Below, piece after piece: positions 59,445 to 64,000 of a stretch of 64,000 nucleotides of DNA. Every line of letters begins with the position of its first letter. The stretch's first letter is position 1. This stretch comes from Macrostomum lignano (taxonomy: Eukaryota): positions 34,012 through 98,011 of the forward strand of contig NIVC01003431.1 of NCBI GenBank assembly GCA_002269645.1. The letters run 5' to 3'. The position numbers were made by a program, and so were the translations under genes. The notes beneath the pieces are model-generated. The model worked only from the letters and a program-made list of their open reading frames with translations. It made no database searches and was not told the DNA's origin.

Positions 59445-62400
59445 ATGTCGCGACGCATGACTGTGTACGACATCACTAGGGGCATAGATGAGTACAGGCA
59501 TGGACTGTCGGATGAGCGGTACGAGGTAAGTGCCTGCTGTGCGCTGCATAGGAACTTGGGTAGCGCTTGTGCTGCACTTGTGCCTTTTTAATTGTTTGAT
59601 TAGTCCTTGACAGATGTGACACAGATAGTTGCACTCCTAATACTGACGTCCTGAAAGTGGCACTGCTGACGCTATAATGGCACTCCCTGATGCTAAAATG
59701 GCACTAAAGACACTAAAAGTGGCCCTATTGACACTAAAATGGCATTCCTGACACAAGTATGGCACTCCTTACACAGAAATAAAAATGGCACTCCTGACGC
59801 TTAAATGGCACTCCTGACGCTAAAATGGCACTCCTGACGCTAAAATGGCACTCCTGACGCTAAAATGGCACTCCTGACACTAAAAGTGGCACTCCTGGCG
59901 CTAAAGTGGCACTCCTGACACTAGAAATGGCACCTTTGACACCAAATTGACACGCCTGACAACAGAAATTACCTCTGACAACAAACGCGACACCGCTGAC
60001 AGCTAACAAGCAGGCATTATAACAAGCGCAACCTTAATTGTCCTCCACACCAGAGCTCGCTGACATTCGCCGATCTGCCAGCCAAGCTCATGATCAAGGT
60101 GTTCAGCTACCTGTCCCACTCCGAGCTCTGCCGGATCTGCCTGGTCAGCAAGCGCTGGCGCGAACTCGCCTACGACAGCCGACTGTGGACGAATCTCCGA
60201 CTGAGGCCGGAGTTTGGCGGCCTCTCCGTGTCGAATGTCAGCCAGTTTGTCGATCTGATCGGGTCGAGATTCTCCACAGCGTTGCGTAGCATCGACCTGC
60301 CATGCGAGTTGATCACGGTGCCTGTGCTGGAAGAGATCGCCAGGCAGTGCGTCAACCTGCGCTACATGACGCTGGACTTCAGCAAGGCGATGCAACTGCA
60401 CGACTATAACGATTTGGTAGATTTTCCAGCTAATCTTTATTACCTGTGCGTCTGCCTGAGCGACGTTATCTTTATGGAGGGCCTCATGCGGAAGATTTAC
60501 CACTGCCTGTCTACAGTGCAGGTGCTGCACCTGATTGGTGAGTTTCACCTGAGTGAAGATGCCTGAGTGAGGATACCTGAGTGAGGATACCTGAGTGAAG
60601 ATACCTGAGTGAGGATTACCTGAGTGAGGATACCTGAGTGAAGATACCCGAGTGAAGATACCTGAGTGAGGATTACCTGAGTGAGGATACCTGAGTGAGG
60701 ATACCTGAGTGAGGATACCTGAGTGAAGATACCTGAGTGAGGATTACCTGAGTGAGGATACCTGAGTGAAGATACCCGAGTGAAGATACCTGAGTGAGGA
60801 TTACCTGAGTGAGGATACCTGAGTGAAGATACCCGAGTCAAGATACCTGAGTGAGGATACCTGAGTGAAGATACCTGAGTGAGGATTACCTGAGTGAAGA
60901 TATACCTGAGTGAGTATACCTGAGTTAAGATATACCTGAGTGAAGATACCTGAATTTAAGATACCTGAGTTAAGATATACCTGAGTGAGTATACCTGAGT
61001 TAAGATACCTGAGTGAAGATACCTGAATTTAAGATACCTGAGTTAAGATATACCTGAGTGAGTATACCTGAGTTAAGATACCTGAGTGAAGATACCTGAA
61101 TTTAAGATACCTGAGTTAAGATATACCTGAGTGAGTATACCTGAGTTAAGATACCTGAGTGAAGATACCTGAATTTAAGATACCTGAGTTAAGATATACC
61201 TGAGTGAAGATACCTGAGTGAAGTGCGGCTCGGCTGTTGCCTTATGAGCAGGACAGATCAATTCCCGCACTGCATCACTGCTCAGGCACTTTCGAGCAGA
61301 GCTCAGAAGAGGAGGAGGAGATCTACGAGGTGATCAACATCAGCAAGATCAAAGCGCACACGCCGAACCTGCGCGTGGTGAATCTCTACGGAGTGATGTT
61401 CGTTGACGACTCTCACGTGGAACTGCTGTCCTTCAACTGTGTGCATCTGGAGTGCGTGGCGCTGAATTTCTGCATCAAGGTCACGGGTTCGTCGTTGAAA
61501 AACCTGCTAGAAAAGTGCAAGAAGATCAAGACGCTGCTGCTGCATCACTGCGGTAAGAAGGAGTTTGATCATCGTCATCACCACCGTCCCCATCACCACC
61601 ATCATCACCACAATCATCATCATCATCACCATCATCATCATCATCGTCAGCATCATCATCTTCTTATTAGCATCAGCATCTTCATCATTCAAGCTAGATT
61701 TATTCAATGTTATATTCGTTCAACTTTAACTTCATATTCAAGAGCTGGTCGATGCCCACATGATGGCGGTGGACTGGGAACACAGTCACGTGAAAGAGCT
61801 GGACATCACCTCCACTGAACTGTCCGCTAATTGCCTGGAGAATGTGCTGACTAGAATTCGATCGCTGGAATATTTAGCCGTTGGCTATTGCGATTTCTTC
61901 ACCGATGCGGTGAGTAAAAATCACATTATTGCTACTTAAAGTAGCAAAAAATATTTTTTCGTAGACTACCCAATACTTTTTACAGGTGATGGAAAAGCTG
62001 ATGGAAACTGGAAACCTCCGTGAACTTCGGGCCATAGACATCAGCTACACGTGCAACCTGTCCGAGCCAGTCATTGGAAAGTTTATCAAGCGCTACGGGC
62101 CACAGCTGCTCGGGCTCATGCTGCACGGCAAACCTCTGCTGAATGAGTTCTTTTGGACCGCTAACATACCACTCTTAAAGAACATCAAGTATGATCAGCA
62201 AAATTTTCTCACACTTAAAAACCCTATAACTTCAGCCTCAACCCCCCACCTCACTCCCAGCCCCGATTCCACCGCTATAACTTCTGCCCCAACTTCCACC
62301 TCACTCCCAGCCCCGATTCCACCGCTATAACTTCTGCCCCAACACCCACCTCACTCCCAGCCCCGATTCTACCGCTATAACTTCTGCCCCAACACCCACC

Positions 62401-63290
62401 TCACTCCCAGCCCCGACTCCACCGCTATAACTTCTGCCCCAACACCCACCTAACTCCCAGCCCCGATTCCACCGCTATAACTTCTGCCCCAACACCCACC
62501 TCACTCCCTGCCCCGATTCCACCGCTAAAACTTCTGCCCCAACCCCCAACTCACTCCCTGCCCCGATTCCACCGCTATAACTTTTGCCCCAACACCCACC
62601 TCACTCCCAGCCCCGACTCCACCGCTATAACTTCTGCCCCAACACCCACCTAACTCCCAGCCCCGATTCCACCGCTATAACTTCTGCCCCAACCCCACCT
62701 CACTCCCTGTCCTCTCCACTTCACTCCACAGAATCTGCACCCTCGGTCAAAGGGACGGCTGGTACTTTGAATTAAACACAAAAGTACACATCGATCAGGT
62801 GATCAACGCTTTTGCCAGCCACTGTCCGAAAATGGAACGACTAGAAATTCAGTGGGACGTCGCCACGATTAGGTTCAGCCATAAGAGCGGCAAGTTCATT
62901 GACGATATTAGGTAAGCTAGGTTTTGTTCTGTTGAGGGGTTCTGAGGCCGAGGGGTAACGCGTCAGACTCTCACGCCGAAGGTCCTGAGTTCGATTCCAT
63001 CTGGCGGGAAAATTAATTTAACTTTGTCGCGAAATACTATAAGGCTATGAAGGCCTGTGGTTGGTTAGTAAGGCCTATATATATAGTACTATACAGATTC
63101 GAACTCCGGATCCCGCAGAACCCGATGCCCGTTCTTGCAATCGTTGACCCTGGCCGACGGTGGCTACTACGAAATGGCGAATTCGAATTTTGAGCGAGCC
63201 CAACGCAGTCGAGTTGTTCGCACTTTTAACCGCTACGCAACCAGCATTGTGCAGCTGCTTAGTTGCTATGGTGACTTGCTGTTTAACTGA
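59445..63290 (+). CDS. F-box/leucine-rich repeat protein, 517 aa (exons 59445-59525, 60054-60537, 61286-61552, 61743-61909, 61986-62188, 62732-62911, 63119-63290)
   Basis: F-box FADLPAKLMIKVFSYLSHSELCRICLVSKRWRELAYDSRLW, followed by LRRs (PNLRVVNLYG, LECVALNFC, LRAIDISYT). Six GT-AG introns with matching phases; 1554 nt = 518 codons; ends ...GDLLFN*. Confidence 0.88.
59680..59950. repeat. 20-bp minisatellite, inverted relative to 57775-58110, in F-box intron 1
   Basis: Unit ATGGCACTCCTGACGCTAAA; its reverse complement contains GTCAGGAGTGCC. Confidence 0.9.
60548..61222. repeat. 14-bp minisatellite filling F-box intron 2
   Basis: GATACCTGAGTGAG/GATACCTGAGTGAA units with later AGTTAAGATATACC variants. 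Confidence 0.95.
61565..61690. repeat. (CAT/CAC)n tract in F-box intron 3
   Basis: Trinucleotide tract between the donor at 61553 and the acceptor at 61742. Confidence 0.85.
62225..62710. repeat. 50-bp minisatellite (~9.5 copies) in F-box intron 5
   Basis: Unit CTTCTGCCCCAACACCCACCTCACTCCCAGCCCCGATTCCACCGCTATAA. Confidence 0.94.
62945..63010 (+). mobile_element. Isolated tRNA-like (SINE head) fragment in F-box intron 6
   Basis: GGCCGAGGGGTAACGCGTCAGACTCTCACGCCGAAGGTCCTGAGTTCGATTCC has A/B-box-like motifs but no pairing acceptor or T stems. Confidence 0.45.
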
Positions 63291-64000
63291 ACAACCATTT
63301 TGCTAACAAATTGCAATCTGAATTTTTATAGTCAGTATTAAAATGAACTGATTGAGGGGATGCACATCACTCGGCTCTGTTTTTGTTCCAGTTAGAATTG
63401 GGGTTGAGTGTGAGATGAACTAACACTGAGTATGTCTTTTCTGTAGTATGATATAGTTTCACATAGGCCTCTTCTCTCCTCTCTCTCTCCTCTCTCAACT
63501 GCCCCTTCTCTCTCTCCTCTCCGCTCTCCCCTCCCCCTCTTCGCCATTCTACTTTCCTCTTTCCGATCGCCCTTCTCTGTCTCCCTACGCCAGGAAATGT
63601 CCAGACGAATTATTGTAGTTTAGCATGCAAGCAAATATTATAAATTAATCTATGTATCATTTTCACCCTGCCACATAAAATCATCATAAACTAAGTCGAC
63701 AGACCCGCATGCCACACGCTTGACTGCAGTGATTTTTTTGTACTTTTTTTTAATCACTATTTTAAACTATTTTAAACTATTTAAAATAATTTATAAACCT
63801 GCCTATAGCCGTAGATATAAATGAAATACAGTTTTTTAGTCTTCTACCAATTTTTCGAGTGCAATCGACTCACACAATGTGATGAATATGCCAATGTATT
63901 TCAAGATGGCAAGCTGTCATTGAATTTGTGTAAATTTAGTTTTGGTTGCAGAAAAAATGAGTTCAATTGAAACATTTTGCTCTGGCTCCTAGATAGGTTT

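Noticed and set aside
61553-61818. Poly-His extension of the F-box ORF 61237-61818
   Set aside because: It lies in an intron with a strong GTAAGA donor (61553) and an in-frame acceptor (61742); splicing restores the LRR sequence.
62945-63010. Possible tRNA gene (CTC anticodon-like loop)
   Set aside because: Acceptor and T stems do not pair; more likely a SINE head. The same applies to the head at 52550-52615 and the reverse B-box at ~5898-5910.

Overview
Eukaryotic (metazoan) genomic DNA. The GC-rich exons, minisatellite-filled introns and GATA/GACA arrays resemble the flatworm Macrostomum, but that is an inference. I built six spliced or single-exon protein-coding genes by hand from GT-AG sites and reading-frame arithmetic. 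(1) A Frizzled-5/8-like Wnt receptor (+; first exon upstream of the window). (2) A divergent CRTC/TORC CREB co-activator (-); its N-terminal exon at 20322-20462 is absent from the ORF track. (3) ERGIC1 (+; 21243-46273, head-to-head with CRTC). (4) An intronless MPC2. (5) A BDH1/RDH-like short-chain dehydrogenase. (6) A 7-exon F-box/LRR gene. Introns and spacers hold about 25 tandem arrays, a tRNA-headed CORE-like SINE family, a Helitron-like non-autonomous element, a CpG-decayed non-LTR relic and two mariner remnants. The most interesting object is a ~12 kb TIR-bounded CMC/EnSpm-like DNA transposon in the last ERGIC1 intron (34052-46094). Besides a decayed transposase, it carries a probable Ulp1-like protease and a reading frame resembling the HROB/MCM8IP (DUF4539) OB-fold. 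Family assignments come from recalled motifs, not database searches.
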